Made by a program: the position numbers and the translations under genes. The notes beneath the pieces were generated by a model. The model did no database searches. It was not told where the DNA came from and saw only the letters and a program-made list of their open reading frames with translations. Positions 51,942 to 61,966 of a DNA stretch of 64,000 nucleotides are shown piece by piece (position 1 is the first letter of the stretch; every line of letters begins with the position of its first letter). This DNA is from Candidatus Heimdallarchaeota archaeon (GTDB taxonomy: Archaea; Asgardarchaeota; Heimdallarchaeia; Heimdallarchaeales; Heimdallarchaeaceae). The DNA is taken from positions 28,340 through 92,339 of the forward strand of contig JABCTC010000011.1 in NCBI GenBank assembly GCA_018238545.1. The letters are read 5' to 3'.

Positions 51942-53018
51942 GTGTCGATAGAGATATCTAACTTATGCAAATCTTATACTAGAAAAGGAAAGGAAATCAA
52001 AGCATTAGATAATATCTCACTTAATATTAAGGAAGGGGAATTTGTCGGGTTACTCGGACCCAACGGAGCTGGCAAAACGACTCTCTCTAAAATTCTTTCA
52101 ACTCTTTTACTACCTACATCTGGAGAAGCATACATAAATGGCATATCCATTTTTGAGGATAAAAAAATTCGAAACATAGTGGGTTCAGTTTTTGGAGAAA
52201 CAGGTGGAAGAAGCTTATATTATCGATTATCAGTAAAGGATAATTTACTGTTTTATGGAACATTGTATGGCATTAGAAAAACAGAAATTAAGAAAAGGAT
52301 CAACTCCTTATTGAAATACTTCGATCTTGCAGAGAGAAAGGATACTTTGGTCATGAAACTTTCAACGGGGATGAAAGCAAAAGTATTATTGATTAGAGCT
52401 CTTATCACATTTCCCAAAATACTTCTGTTAGATGAACCTACATTAGGGTTTGATGCAGAAAGTTCTGAGAAGGCAAAGGATCTATTATTAGAATTTAACA
52501 GAGAATTTGGAACTTCTGTTCTCTTAACCAGTCATAATTTCTCAGAGATGGATGCACTTACCTCAAGATTGATTCTTATTGATGATGGTCACCTGATTCA
52601 AGATTGCTCTCCCGATTTATTTAAAAAATCAGCAGGTCATCAATATGTTCACATCATTTTTTCTTTACCACCTCTACCATCAGAATCTCTTCACGTTTCA
52701 AAAATGCCTACAGAGATTTTTGCGAAAATGATAAGTGATTCAGCTGGTGCTGAAATCATTTCCTTAGAACAACAAGACAATCATAATTTCATTTATGAAG
52801 CTAAAATAAAACCTATATCTTACACATTCAATGAAACAATATCGAGAATTACTGTTCTTATTCTTCGAGCAAAAGGCGAAATTTTTCAGATTGTACCTCA
52901 CATGCCTTCATTAAAAGAATCGTTTCTATCTTTTCTTGAAATTAATAAACAGAAAGAAAAAACACAAGCTATAACAATTGAAGAGATTTTTACTATACCT
53001 TTACGAGAGGAGGAATAA
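51942..53018 (+). CDS. ABC exporter ATP-binding subunit
   Basis: GPNGAGKTT, LSTGM, LLLDEPT, SH. Confidence 0.92.
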   Translation: MSIEISNLCKSYTRKGKEIKALDNISLNIKEGEFVGLLGPNGAGKTTLSKILSTLLLPTSGEAYINGISIFEDKKIRNIVGSVFGETGGRSLYYRLSVKDNLLFYGTLYGIRKTEIKKRINSLLKYFDLAERKDTLVMKLSTGMKAKVLLIRALITFPKILLLDEPTLGFDAESSEKAKDLLLEFNREFGTSVLLTSHNFSEMDALTSRLILIDDGHLIQDCSPDLFKKSAGHQYVHIIFSLPPLPSESLHVSKMPTEIFAKMISDSAGAEIISLEQQDNHNFIYEAKIKPISYTFNETISRITVLILRAKGEIFQIVPHMPSLKESFLSFLEINKQKEKTQAITIEEIFTIPLREEE

Positions 53019-53041
53019 TTATAGCTTATGATATACAAGAG

Positions 53042-53884
53042 GTGATTTCTACATTTAAATCATCGGAGAAGAATAGCAAATCAATTTCTAGAATGTATGC
53101 AATTGCAGCTGCTAGAGTTAAAATGAGTTTGAGCTACAAAAGCAGTTATTTAATCACGCTCTTTCTAAATTTAGTAACTATAACCATGTACTTCTTCTTC
53201 AGCAAACTCAACCCTGATATGGCAATATTTGGTATATCAGCATCTTATTTTGAATTTGTTTTTATCGGATTAGCTTTGCAATTCATTGTTGGAACAAGTT
53301 TGGCAACTGTAAATGGATCAATATATAATGAAATAGTTTCTGGCACTTGGTCATCACTTCTCTTACACTTTAACTTTGCAGAATATGCAATAGGAACTAC
53401 TTTAGCTGGTACTTTTCTTGCATCTTTTTCAATTTTCATTTCTTTAGGAGTATCTTATGCATTCTTTGGATTTTCCTTATCTGTATCTGTAATTCAAATT
53501 GCTCTAATTTGCCTGCTTTTCCTATTGATACTTCTCTCGCACATGGTTATATCTATGCTCTTTGCAGCCTTTACAATATATTATCAGAAAAATAGTGGGC
53601 TCGTACAGTTACTTTATCAGTTAACCAAAACGTTCAGCGGGATAGTTTTTCCAATTGCTCTCCTTAGTGGCTTTCCTACTGTTTTAGCTAGATCTTTACC
53701 ACTCACATACGGTTTGGAAGCTCTTCATAATGTTATCTTATCAGAAAACATTCAATGGGAAATTGTACAGAGAAATGGTTTGGTTCTCTTAGGTTTCATT
53801 ATCTGTATAGGAGTTCTCTCTTTCATTTTAGTATCAAAGAGCATTAAACATTCAAAGAAACACAACAAGGTGGATTGGTATTGA
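53042..53884 (+). CDS. ABC-2 type permease
   Basis: Six TM helices; E..SGT, FSG..FP...L, LP.TYG. Confidence 0.85.
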   Translation: MISTFKSSEKNSKSISRMYAIAAARVKMSLSYKSSYLITLFLNLVTITMYFFFSKLNPDMAIFGISASYFEFVFIGLALQFIVGTSLATVNGSIYNEIVSGTWSSLLLHFNFAEYAIGTTLAGTFLASFSIFISLGVSYAFFGFSLSVSVIQIALICLLFLLILLSHMVISMLFAAFTIYYQKNSGLVQLLYQLTKTFSGIVFPIALLSGFPTVLARSLPLTYGLEALHNVILSENIQWEIVQRNGLVLLGFIICIGVLSFILVSKSIKHSKKHNKVDWY

Positions 53885-54768
53885 ACTTCCCTCAAACTCC
53901 TACAGATGTCGCTCAACAATTTACAAATGAAAATGATTCTGTCTCTTTTAATAGTGGATTGAAAGCCGTGTTTATTCGTAATGTTAAGATATTATGGCAA
54001 TATAAATTCACAATAATTGTTGGTTTTGTGAATACATTTATTGCAGCTTCGCTTTTTTACTATGTCTCTCTTCTTGTTCCTCAGAATACAATTGCACAAG
54101 ATGGATATGTTGTAAGCAGTGTTTCATTCATCTTTGCTGGGGCAATACTAGTTGATATTTCCACGAAAATTCTGATGAAATCAATGAATAGTTTCACTAG
54201 CGAGATGAGACAAGGAACATTTGAAACTCTATCGTGTTTACCTTTTGGTTTAAAAAGATATTTTGTTTCAGAAATCTCATTTGAAGTTGTATATGGGTTA
54301 GTGATTTCGATAGTTCATTATGTTCCTGTATTTCTAATCTTTCCTCTCTTCATTGGATTCAACATTTCTTGGAGTTCGCTACTCACCCTACTATTGCTAT
54401 TAATCTGCATTCTCATCTTTTTCTTCTCATTATCTCTTCTCGCAGCAAACTTCACAATCCTAGTAAAAAGAGGGAGAGAGATAGCTATGGTTGTAGTAGG
54501 TTTAATTCATCTCCTCAGCGGTAGTCTTTTCCCCTTAGATCTATTTCCTCAATGGCTACAAGTAATAGCTTATTTTTCTCCAATGACTATAGCTGTTAGA
54601 GCTTGTCGATTGTGTTTATTTGGGAATGGGATGATAACTTCAAAGATAGTATGGATTGCAATAATAGCACTAATAGTAAGTTCAGCGATCATCATATTTC
54701 TATTCAATCTGACTTACAAAAAAATATACAATAGGATAAGAGAAAAGGGGACAGCTCATGAATTTTAA
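53875..54768 (+). CDS. ABC-2 type permease
   Basis: EMRQGTFE, LSG.LFP...FP.WLQ, P.T. Confidence 0.87.
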   Translation: MVLNFPQTPTDVAQQFTNENDSVSFNSGLKAVFIRNVKILWQYKFTIIVGFVNTFIAASLFYYVSLLVPQNTIAQDGYVVSSVSFIFAGAILVDISTKILMKSMNSFTSEMRQGTFETLSCLPFGLKRYFVSEISFEVVYGLVISIVHYVPVFLIFPLFIGFNISWSSLLTLLLLLICILIFFFSLSLLAANFTILVKRGREIAMVVVGLIHLLSGSLFPLDLFPQWLQVIAYFSPMTIAVRACRLCLFGNGMITSKIVWIAIIALIVSSAIIIFLFNLTYKKIYNRIREKGTAHEF

Positions 54769-54770
54769 GT

Positions 54771-55415
54771 TTAATGTAAAAGTTCCATAAACTCCTTAAC
54801 TGATTGTGAAATATCTTTTGATTGTGTTATTGCCCTACCAATGACAATGATGTCTGCCCCATTACTGAGGGCTTTAGAACTAGTTTGAAGATTTAATCCT
54901 CCTGCTACAGCAACAAGAGTTTTCTCATATTTACTCTTAATTTCTGCTATAATTTCCCAAGGATGTTCCATGTTTCCTTCTTGGTCTATTCCTCTATGAA
55001 ACAAGATTATTTCTGGTATCCTTGTTAGTTTCTCTAACAACTGAATTGGATCTTCAATATTCATCAAATCCAGAATGATGTCTATATTCATTGATTTGCC
55101 TGCTCTTAGAGAAGATTCAATTGTTTCTATCGAAGCTAACCCACTTATAGCTACAGCATTTGCTTTTTGAGTTTCTGCAATAAATACCTCAATCTCACCA
55201 ACATCTAAAGTCTTCATATCAGCAACAATATATGCTTCAGGTTGGTATTTTTTTATTTTCTTAATAACAGGTATCCCTAGACTTTTTATTAGAGGGGTTC
55301 CTGCTTCTAAAAGGATTTTTGATGATTGAGGGATTTCAGATACTATTCTGTCAACGTCCCTTTCATAAATTAAATCTAATGCTATTTGTAGATACGGAGG
55401 AGAGTTTAATTGCAT
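54771..55415 (-). CDS. hxlA: 3-hexulose-6-phosphate synthase (OMPDC/HUMPS family)
   Basis: LQIALD, EAGTPLIK, ADMKTLD.G, HRGID, VAGG, IGRAIT. Confidence 0.85.
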   Translation of the reverse strand: MQLNSPPYLQIALDLIYERDVDRIVSEIPQSSKILLEAGTPLIKSLGIPVIKKIKKYQPEAYIVADMKTLDVGEIEVFIAETQKANAVAISGLASIETIESSLRAGKSMNIDIILDLMNIEDPIQLLEKLTRIPEIILFHRGIDQEGNMEHPWEIIAEIKSKYEKTLVAVAGGLNLQTSSKALSNGADIIVIGRAITQSKDISQSVKEFMELLH

Positions 55416-56774
55416 TTATACACCTATTAGGCGTGTTGGCTCATTCTCCTTAATTAAGTTAGGTTTTGCTACATCCTTTACATATTCCATAATGTATTTT
55501 TGATTTCTTTTATCACCATGAACAAGAAAGATGTTTTTGGCACCCGAATCACCCATAATTTGTTTCAAACCGTCAACTGAAGTATGTCCAGAATAGGGGA
55601 ACTTCATGATTTTAAGATTAAGATCAACAACTTTCTTTCTTCCATAGTCTTCAAACAAAGTTACATTTGATGCTCCATCATAGATTTTCCTACCTGTTGT
55701 TCCCTCTACTTGATAACCTGAGAAACCCATAACATTATTTTCATCTGAACCTAGCAAATCTAGATATGTGTGAATTGGCCCTCCTTCAATCATTCCAGAA
55801 GTTGTTACGATTATAGAACCTTCTTTGCTTCCTGCAAGATATTTCCTTGACTGATGAGTTCGATCTGATATTGATTTTACTGGAATCATATTCTGTTTTT
55901 CAAAAGGAGAACTTAGTCCAGCATCTTTAAGATTCTCTAAGAATCCTTTGGATACCCATTTTTCGCTAAGATAATGTTCTGTTATCATATTCATTGTAAC
56001 TATCATCCCATCAATGTAAATGGGAATATCATCTAAATCTTCATCTAAAGCAAGCGTGATCAATGTTTCTTGTGATCTACCAACAGCAAAAGAGGGTAAA
56101 AGCATCTTATTACCTTGTTCTGCTACTTGTTTTGCAATTAGCCTTAATCCTACATCTATTTTCTTCCTTTCTGGGACATATCTGTCTCCGTTTGTCGATT
56201 CAGTTATAAGAACATCTACTTTTTCGCTTGGTAAATCATAACCATCGAACATAGGAGTAACACGGTCATTAATATCTCCCGTATACAAGATAAGTTGACC
56301 TTCCCAATCTAATAATATCTGGGCTGCTCCAAGAATATGTCCAGCATGGATAAATTCAGCTGTTATTCCATCAGCAACCTTGAATTTTTTATTGTAATCC
56401 TTTGTACTAATTTTATGAAAAACTCTATCTAAATCGGTTTCAGACCAGTGTCTTCTTCCTTCAATCTTTAGATGGTCTAACCACAACCTATAAGCTATGT
56501 CCTTTGTCGGTTGTGTCATATAATAATTCCCTCTATACCCTTCCTTTGATAATCTGGGTGTATATCCAGAATGATCAATATGAGCATGACTGATGAGCAC
56601 AGAATCTAATTCTTTTGCAACATCGTGAACTCCTACTGGAGCTATAGTTTTTTGTTTTGGTACGAGTTCTAAACCACAGTCTAAGAGTATTTTATAATCT
56701 CTATCGTGGATAAGAAAAGAACTTCTTCCTACGAAATCTGTGGCACCGTACGCTGTTATATTAATATCGTTCAT
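55416..56774 (-). CDS. Metallo-beta-lactamase beta-CASP ribonuclease without KH domain (aCPSF2-like)
   Basis: VGRSS, LDCG, SHAHIDHSG, AGHILG, YTGD, ESTNG, FAVGRSQE, YSGH, VHG. Confidence 0.9.
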   Translation of the reverse strand: MNDINITAYGATDFVGRSSFLIHDRDYKILLDCGLELVPKQKTIAPVGVHDVAKELDSVLISHAHIDHSGYTPRLSKEGYRGNYYMTQPTKDIAYRLWLDHLKIEGRRHWSETDLDRVFHKISTKDYNKKFKVADGITAEFIHAGHILGAAQILLDWEGQLILYTGDINDRVTPMFDGYDLPSEKVDVLITESTNGDRYVPERKKIDVGLRLIAKQVAEQGNKMLLPSFAVGRSQETLITLALDEDLDDIPIYIDGMIVTMNMITEHYLSEKWVSKGFLENLKDAGLSSPFEKQNMIPVKSISDRTHQSRKYLAGSKEGSIIVTTSGMIEGGPIHTYLDLLGSDENNVMGFSGYQVEGTTGRKIYDGASNVTLFEDYGRKKVVDLNLKIMKFPYSGHTSVDGLKQIMGDSGAKNIFLVHGDKRNQKYIMEYVKDVAKPNLIKENEPTRLIGV

Positions 56775-56939
56775 TATTTCACCGTATTAAATGTGTAGTA
56801 AAAAATTGGTGTGTTTTTAAGTCATCAATTATTTCTATTCATAAAGAACTGTTATTGGGGTTTTATAAGTTTTTATTTCTACCTAACTAAGTTCAATTTA
56901 ATTTGAATAATCTTTTATATTATAATAGCAAGTTTTTAC

Positions 56940-57683
56940 TTGATAATAATGGCCGATGAAAAGGAAAAAGAAAATCGGAAAAAGAAACCTGATTTTCAAT
57001 CTCAACTTTCTGATGCTTACAAGTCTATGGATGATGATCTTGTTAAAACTCAAGAAATTGACAAAGATTCCAAACAAAAAGTGCTTGTTAAAGGTATAGA
57101 GAAGATTGAAAAGAAAAATTTCAAGGAGTTATTAGCATCCAGGATGCTTGTAAACAAAGTATTAGAGATTAGAAAAAGAGCTGGGATGCCTCAGACTATT
57201 GGTACAGCAGGAAAAGTTAAAGCACCGACAATTTTTGGCAAAGACAAATTCAAACAGAAACTAGCAAGAGAATTGTTAATAATAGGCAATGAAGAATTAG
57301 ATGATATCGGAGGAGCAATAACAATTGCAAATCTAGTCGACTATTTTAAAGAAACAAGAGTTAACTGGAAGGTTAAAGTTGGAGATATTCTAGAGGTACT
57401 AAAGAAATTAGAAGAAAAAGAAATAATTCCTCCAAGAGTAGATATTGGGGAAGAAGATGTATTAATAAGATTCAAACCAATTGAAATGTCAACCGATTTT
57501 CAAGAAGTACTACGATTAGCAACAGGGCTACCATTTTTGACAGTTGCTAAGGTTTCGTCACATCTAGGGTGGTCAGTCGAGAGAGCTCAGAACACTTTGA
57601 CAATAATGATGAAATACGATTTAGCAATTCTAGATGAAGGTTCGGGAGATTACTATTTTCCAGGTTTAAGTGGTTTTGATTAA
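56940..57683 (+). CDS. ESCRT-II Vps22/Vps36-like (EAP30) tandem winged-helix protein
   Basis: F...LAREL...GGAI.I; P.EMSTD...VL.LA; LGWS.ERA...L; D.....YYFPGL. Confidence 0.8.
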   Translation: MIIMADEKEKENRKKKPDFQSQLSDAYKSMDDDLVKTQEIDKDSKQKVLVKGIEKIEKKNFKELLASRMLVNKVLEIRKRAGMPQTIGTAGKVKAPTIFGKDKFKQKLARELLIIGNEELDDIGGAITIANLVDYFKETRVNWKVKVGDILEVLKKLEEKEIIPPRVDIGEEDVLIRFKPIEMSTDFQEVLRLATGLPFLTVAKVSSHLGWSVERAQNTLTIMMKYDLAILDEGSGDYYFPGLSGFD

Positions 57684-57786
57684 AACCACAATTAATATTT
57701 CTTTTAATTAATTAAGCAAAGTATTGTTTAAGACGCTTTTTTTGCAGTTTACGAAGAACTTATAAACTTACAAGAGACTGTATTTT

Positions 57787-57821
57787 GGCGAGAGCAAAAA
57801 AATCTTTTATTTGCTCTCGCC
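57787..57821. terminator. Strong hairpin between convergent genes
   Basis: GGCGAGAGCAAA (57787-98) / TTTGCTCTCGCC (57810-21), perfect 12-bp inverted repeat. Confidence 0.55.
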
Positions 57822-57845
57822 CTCCCTCCCTCATTTTCCAGAGCA

Positions 57846-58673
57846 TCATAGTTTTCTATGCCAATATTTACTTCTCTTATTTGCCTTCTCTTCATCCATT
57901 TCAGATAGAATTTTTACTGCATAACTAGCTGCATTTATCGCCTCTTTTTCTCCTTTTACACCAAATTCATTTGTCACTCTATTTGCATAAACTGTACAAA
58001 TAGCTCCTGCTCTCGCATTGAAAATCTGACTTAATGTAAAGATATGCGAAGCTTCCATCTCGAAATTCAGAACACCCATTTTTTGAAGATCTGGGACAAT
58101 AGCATCAGTTTTAGAAATTTTGTAGTCTTTATAGCCAGGACGACCTTGCCCAAGATAAAAACTTGATGTTGAAGCTGCTATTCCAAGATGATATGTATAT
58201 CCTAAATCCTCACACGCTTCAATTAAAGCAAGTACAATTTCATAATTGGCTATTGCTGGATAATTTGCATGTACATAGAATGGACTAGAACCCTCCATTT
58301 TTACTGCACCTGTATTGATTATCATATCTCCTAATTCAATTCCATCTTGAATGGCTCCACACGAACCTACACGGATAAAAGTGTCACATCCAATATTGAG
58401 AAGTTCTGTTACAGCTATCTCACATGCAGGAGTTCCTATTCCTGTTGATGTTACACTGATTGGAGCACCTTTGATTTTACCCGTATATGAGTTATATTGA
58501 CGATGAGCTGCTACTAGTTTATGTTCATCCCATGTTTCTGCTATCCTCTTAGCTCGGTCAGGATCACCCGGCAACAAAACAGGCCCTAGTAAATCACCTG
58601 GTTTACATTCTATATGGTACTGTGTTCCCTCTTCAAAAACAGGTTTATCAGCTCTAATTTTCTTCTCTTCCAT
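57846..58673 (-). CDS. udp: Uridine phosphorylase
   Basis: QYHI, LPGDPDRA, STGIG.P, IRVGSCG, FY.GQ.R, NFEMEA. Confidence 0.9.
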   Translation of the reverse strand: MEEKKIRADKPVFEEGTQYHIECKPGDLLGPVLLPGDPDRAKRIAETWDEHKLVAAHRQYNSYTGKIKGAPISVTSTGIGTPACEIAVTELLNIGCDTFIRVGSCGAIQDGIELGDMIINTGAVKMEGSSPFYVHANYPAIANYEIVLALIEACEDLGYTYHLGIAASTSSFYLGQGRPGYKDYKISKTDAIVPDLQKMGVLNFEMEASHIFTLSQIFNARAGAICTVYANRVTNEFGVKGEKEAINAASYAVKILSEMDEEKANKRSKYWHRKL

Positions 58674-58720
58674 AGATTATAGATATATTACAAAAATAAA
58701 AAGATTTCACATACCTATTA

Positions 58721-59461
58721 TCAGTATATTAGTTGTTTTTTTCTGCGTTTCTCATACTTGTTCACTAAAGGTATTATTACCATAATTCCAGCAGTCATGT
58801 AATAAATTAAGCATGATTTGAACAGCGATACCCGACCCCATCCTTCTGAGATAGCGTCATAAGTAACAAAGGTCTCATTTTCAAAAACTTGCATTGTAAC
58901 AGCATTTGAAATAACATCTTGACCAAATGTCAAATCAAATTTTAACCACATTCTATATTCTCCCAAAGGCAATCTTGTCAGATTCGGTTCATTAAATAAC
59001 ATAGAATAGAAAGCAAAATCTAAGTTTATACCTGGTTTAATAATCTCTGTACCAACAGCTGGTAAAGTTGTTGGACCATACAGATAGATATATTCATCAT
59101 CACTTTGTTCAGAAATGTCATCTACAACAACGTGAGAATTATAACCGGACAAATTAGTAAATGTTACATCTATACATGGATAAAAAGTAAAAGAATAGTT
59201 AGGAGTTCTTTCATATCTTGTTAAAACTGATGGGTTCCATATCTCTAGTGTTAAGCTAAATCCAATATTTGTCTTTTCATTACCAGGATAAGACAAATCT
59301 TTAGCAGGAAATGTTACTGAACTTATTCGAGCTTGTAATCTTCCATCCAATATGAGCCACGTGCCGATAGATAGCATTGTGACTATAATAGCAATATATG
59401 TTATTTTTCTTACTCTTCTAAATTTTTTATAAGATTTATTGAAACTCTCAAATAAAGCCAT
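58721..59461 (-). CDS. Hypothetical membrane protein (N- and C-terminal TM helices, beta-rich middle domain)
   Basis: Hydrophobic termini; long intact ORF downstream of HMGR. Confidence 0.7.
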   Translation of the reverse strand: MALFESFNKSYKKFRRVRKITYIAIIVTMLSIGTWLILDGRLQARISSVTFPAKDLSYPGNEKTNIGFSLTLEIWNPSVLTRYERTPNYSFTFYPCIDVTFTNLSGYNSHVVVDDISEQSDDEYIYLYGPTTLPAVGTEIIKPGINLDFAFYSMLFNEPNLTRLPLGEYRMWLKFDLTFGQDVISNAVTMQVFENETFVTYDAISEGWGRVSLFKSCLIYYMTAGIMVIIPLVNKYEKRRKKQLIY

Positions 59462-59468
59462 TTACATT

Positions 59469-60740
59469 TCACCCTCTATCAGTTCTTTCATTTTCAAGTA
59501 ATTGCTTAGCTTCGTCATAGGTTACTATTCCGCCCTCTATTAACTTTTTAGCTACACTTTCTATTTCTTCTCCTTCTGCTCCTGCTGTCGCAGCTATATT
59601 TCGTGCATGTAAAGCCATATGTCCCTTTTGTATTCCCTCAGAAACAAGAGCTCTTAGAGCAGCCAAATTCTGTGCCAAACCAACAGCTGCTACAACATTG
59701 GCGAATTCTTCAGAGCTTGAAACACCTAGAATCTTTAAAGCAAGCTTGTAAGTTGGATGAACATTAATTGCTCCCCCTAAAATACCTAAAGATAATGGTA
59801 TTTCCATAGAACCAATTAAATCACCTTCAGCATTTTTTTCATATTTTGTAAGTGAACTGTATCTTCCCTCTTTGGCAGCAAATGAATGAGCACCAGCTTC
59901 TATTGCCCGTGTGTCATTACCTGTTGCCTGTAAAACTGCTACTATTCCATTCATTGTACCTTTATTATGAGTTGTACATCGATAGATATCACTATCAGCT
60001 AAATCGTAAGCATATAGAATATTGTTTACCACTTCTTCTCCTCCTAAGGATTCCTTACTAAAAACAGCTGTAACTTTAACAGTTCTTTTTGTTGCATGAT
60101 TCGAAATGATTCTTAGCAACACTCTACCTTCAGTCAACTCTTCTACTCTTATCTTCATAGCTTCCAACATAGTATTTACTGCGTTGGCTCCCATTGCATC
60201 CTTTACATCTACTATTAAATGAATAAGCAAATAGGAATCGAGATTTCCTTGAATAGTTTTTAATTCTATGTCCTTTGCCCCCCCACCTAATTTGATTAAT
60301 ATTTTATTTGTTGAATTAGCAATATCGAGGAGTTCAGACTTATATGCGATTAAACGCTTCTTTGCCAATTCAATATCTTTAACTTCACAGATTTGTAATT
60401 GTCCAATTGTGAAAGATCCTGAATATTCAGCTACAAATCCACCTTTTTCCCTAGCTATCTTTGCAGCATGACTAGCAGCTGCTACTACAGAAGATTCTTC
60501 TATAACCATAGGAACCAGGTAATCCTTTCCATTAACGACGAAATTTGTAGCTATTCCCAAGGGTAATGAGACCACTCCTACAACGTTTTCTATCATAATT
60601 TCGAAAATATCTTCAGCAGTTTCTTTTCCTTGCAAAATAGAGATATCTTTCTTTGAAAGAGAGAGCATCTCTGCAATTACTTTTCTTCTCTCTTCTATTG
60701 TTTTATTATAAAAATGGGGAATTCGTGAACTGAAGGACAT
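59469..60740 (-). CDS. mvaA: HMG-CoA reductase, class II (bacterial type)
   Basis: MIENVVG, EESSVVAA, DAMGAN, THNKG.MNG, ATGNDTRA.EA, GIQKGHM. Confidence 0.93.
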   Translation of the reverse strand: MSFSSRIPHFYNKTIEERRKVIAEMLSLSKKDISILQGKETAEDIFEIMIENVVGVVSLPLGIATNFVVNGKDYLVPMVIEESSVVAAASHAAKIAREKGGFVAEYSGSFTIGQLQICEVKDIELAKKRLIAYKSELLDIANSTNKILIKLGGGAKDIELKTIQGNLDSYLLIHLIVDVKDAMGANAVNTMLEAMKIRVEELTEGRVLLRIISNHATKRTVKVTAVFSKESLGGEEVVNNILYAYDLADSDIYRCTTHNKGTMNGIVAVLQATGNDTRAIEAGAHSFAAKEGRYSSLTKYEKNAEGDLIGSMEIPLSLGILGGAINVHPTYKLALKILGVSSSEEFANVVAAVGLAQNLAALRALVSEGIQKGHMALHARNIAATAGAEGEEIESVAKKLIEGGIVTYDEAKQLLENERTDRG

Positions 60741-60789
60741 ATAATTAAAATAGAAAAATAGTGGTTAAAAAGTTTACTCGATAATAAAC

Positions 60790-61008
60790 TTACAATTCTT
60801 CTAAAACTTGGATTGTTTGATCCTTGAATTGTCTCATAATACGGGTAGTATATCCAGCAATTAGGTTTCGCATTTTCTTTGACATGGGTGTGCAAACTTC
60901 TTCTACAACATGTTTGTTGTTTTGAAAATCTGTACTTAATTGATCATGAAAATCCCTTACTATTTGTTTGGATAAGCGTTTTATTTGACTGGTTCGTATA
61001 TTACCCAT
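60790..61008 (-). CDS. rps17e: 30S ribosomal protein S17e (eS17)
   Basis: MGNIRT..IKR, DFQNNK, SKKMRN.IAGY.T. Confidence 0.95.
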   Translation of the reverse strand: MGNIRTSQIKRLSKQIVRDFHDQLSTDFQNNKHVVEEVCTPMSKKMRNLIAGYTTRIMRQFKDQTIQVLEEL

Positions 61009-61085
61009 CTAATTCACTAATGTGAGCATTTGACTATTCATTTTAAATCTTACGTTAAGCGATTGAAAAAAGATAAGAAGAAACT

Positions 61086-61805
61086 TCAGAAATAAAACTG
61101 TTCTTCAGAGTAAACTTTGATCCCAGTAGATGTTATCTCAAATGGTCGCTCAACCATTTCGTGTTTTAAACCTCTCATTTTTCGGATGTTTAAACTTCGA
61201 ATAGCTACATTGTTCTGAAATTCATAATTGAGAACAATAACACCTTGAGACATAAACTCTTCTACACCAAAACGAGAAACAATTCCATCGCGCATTTCAC
61301 TTGTCAGTATTGTCGTGCATTCTAACGAAGACATGACTGCACTCAATTTCAATATTTGTTTTCTTATTTGTTGCTCTGACTCCATTGATAATGCTAAAGC
61401 TGTGATACTATCAATTACAACTCTTTCTGCTGAAGTTTTATCAATAATTTCTACTAACTGTGTAATCAGCTCATCAACGTCAACTGGTGTTTGATATCTC
61501 TCATTGGAGCTTACACCAGCTCTAGGGCTAAATCCATCTATTATTACCAATAAATTCTCTTTTTCTAGTTCACTCAAATTCCACCCAAAATTCATACATT
61601 CCTCTCTTACATGTTCTGGGTGCTCATCAAAAGAGATGAAGATACCACTTTCGCCTCCAGCTACAACACCATGATATAGAAATTGAAGTCCAAAAGTAGA
61701 TTTACCAGAGCCAGCTGGTCCAGATACAAGAATTGTCCTTCCTTTAGGAAGACCTCCAGATAAGATATTATCAAGACCAACAATTCCAGTTTCAACAAGT
61801 TCCAT
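61086..61805 (-). CDS. Single-domain KaiC/RAD55-like ATPase with intact motifs
   Basis: TGI.GLD..L.GG.P, GPAGSGKS, VVIDSI, EEF, RKMRG. Confidence 0.9.
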   Translation of the reverse strand: MELVETGIVGLDNILSGGLPKGRTILVSGPAGSGKSTFGLQFLYHGVVAGGESGIFISFDEHPEHVREECMNFGWNLSELEKENLLVIIDGFSPRAGVSSNERYQTPVDVDELITQLVEIIDKTSAERVVIDSITALALSMESEQQIRKQILKLSAVMSSLECTTILTSEMRDGIVSRFGVEEFMSQGVIVLNYEFQNNVAIRSLNIRKMRGLKHEMVERPFEITSTGIKVYSEEQFYF

Positions 61806-61966
61806 GATAAGATTTTGCTAATTTACCGTTAAAAACTTTTTCAATCTTTCTTAAGTGTGTTACAGAGATAAAAGAAAAAGAGGGAACAGAGAAAGGATAT
61901 GATATGAATATTGAACTAATTCTTTAGAGGTGATAAGGGCACATCACAATTACATTTCGAAAGTGT

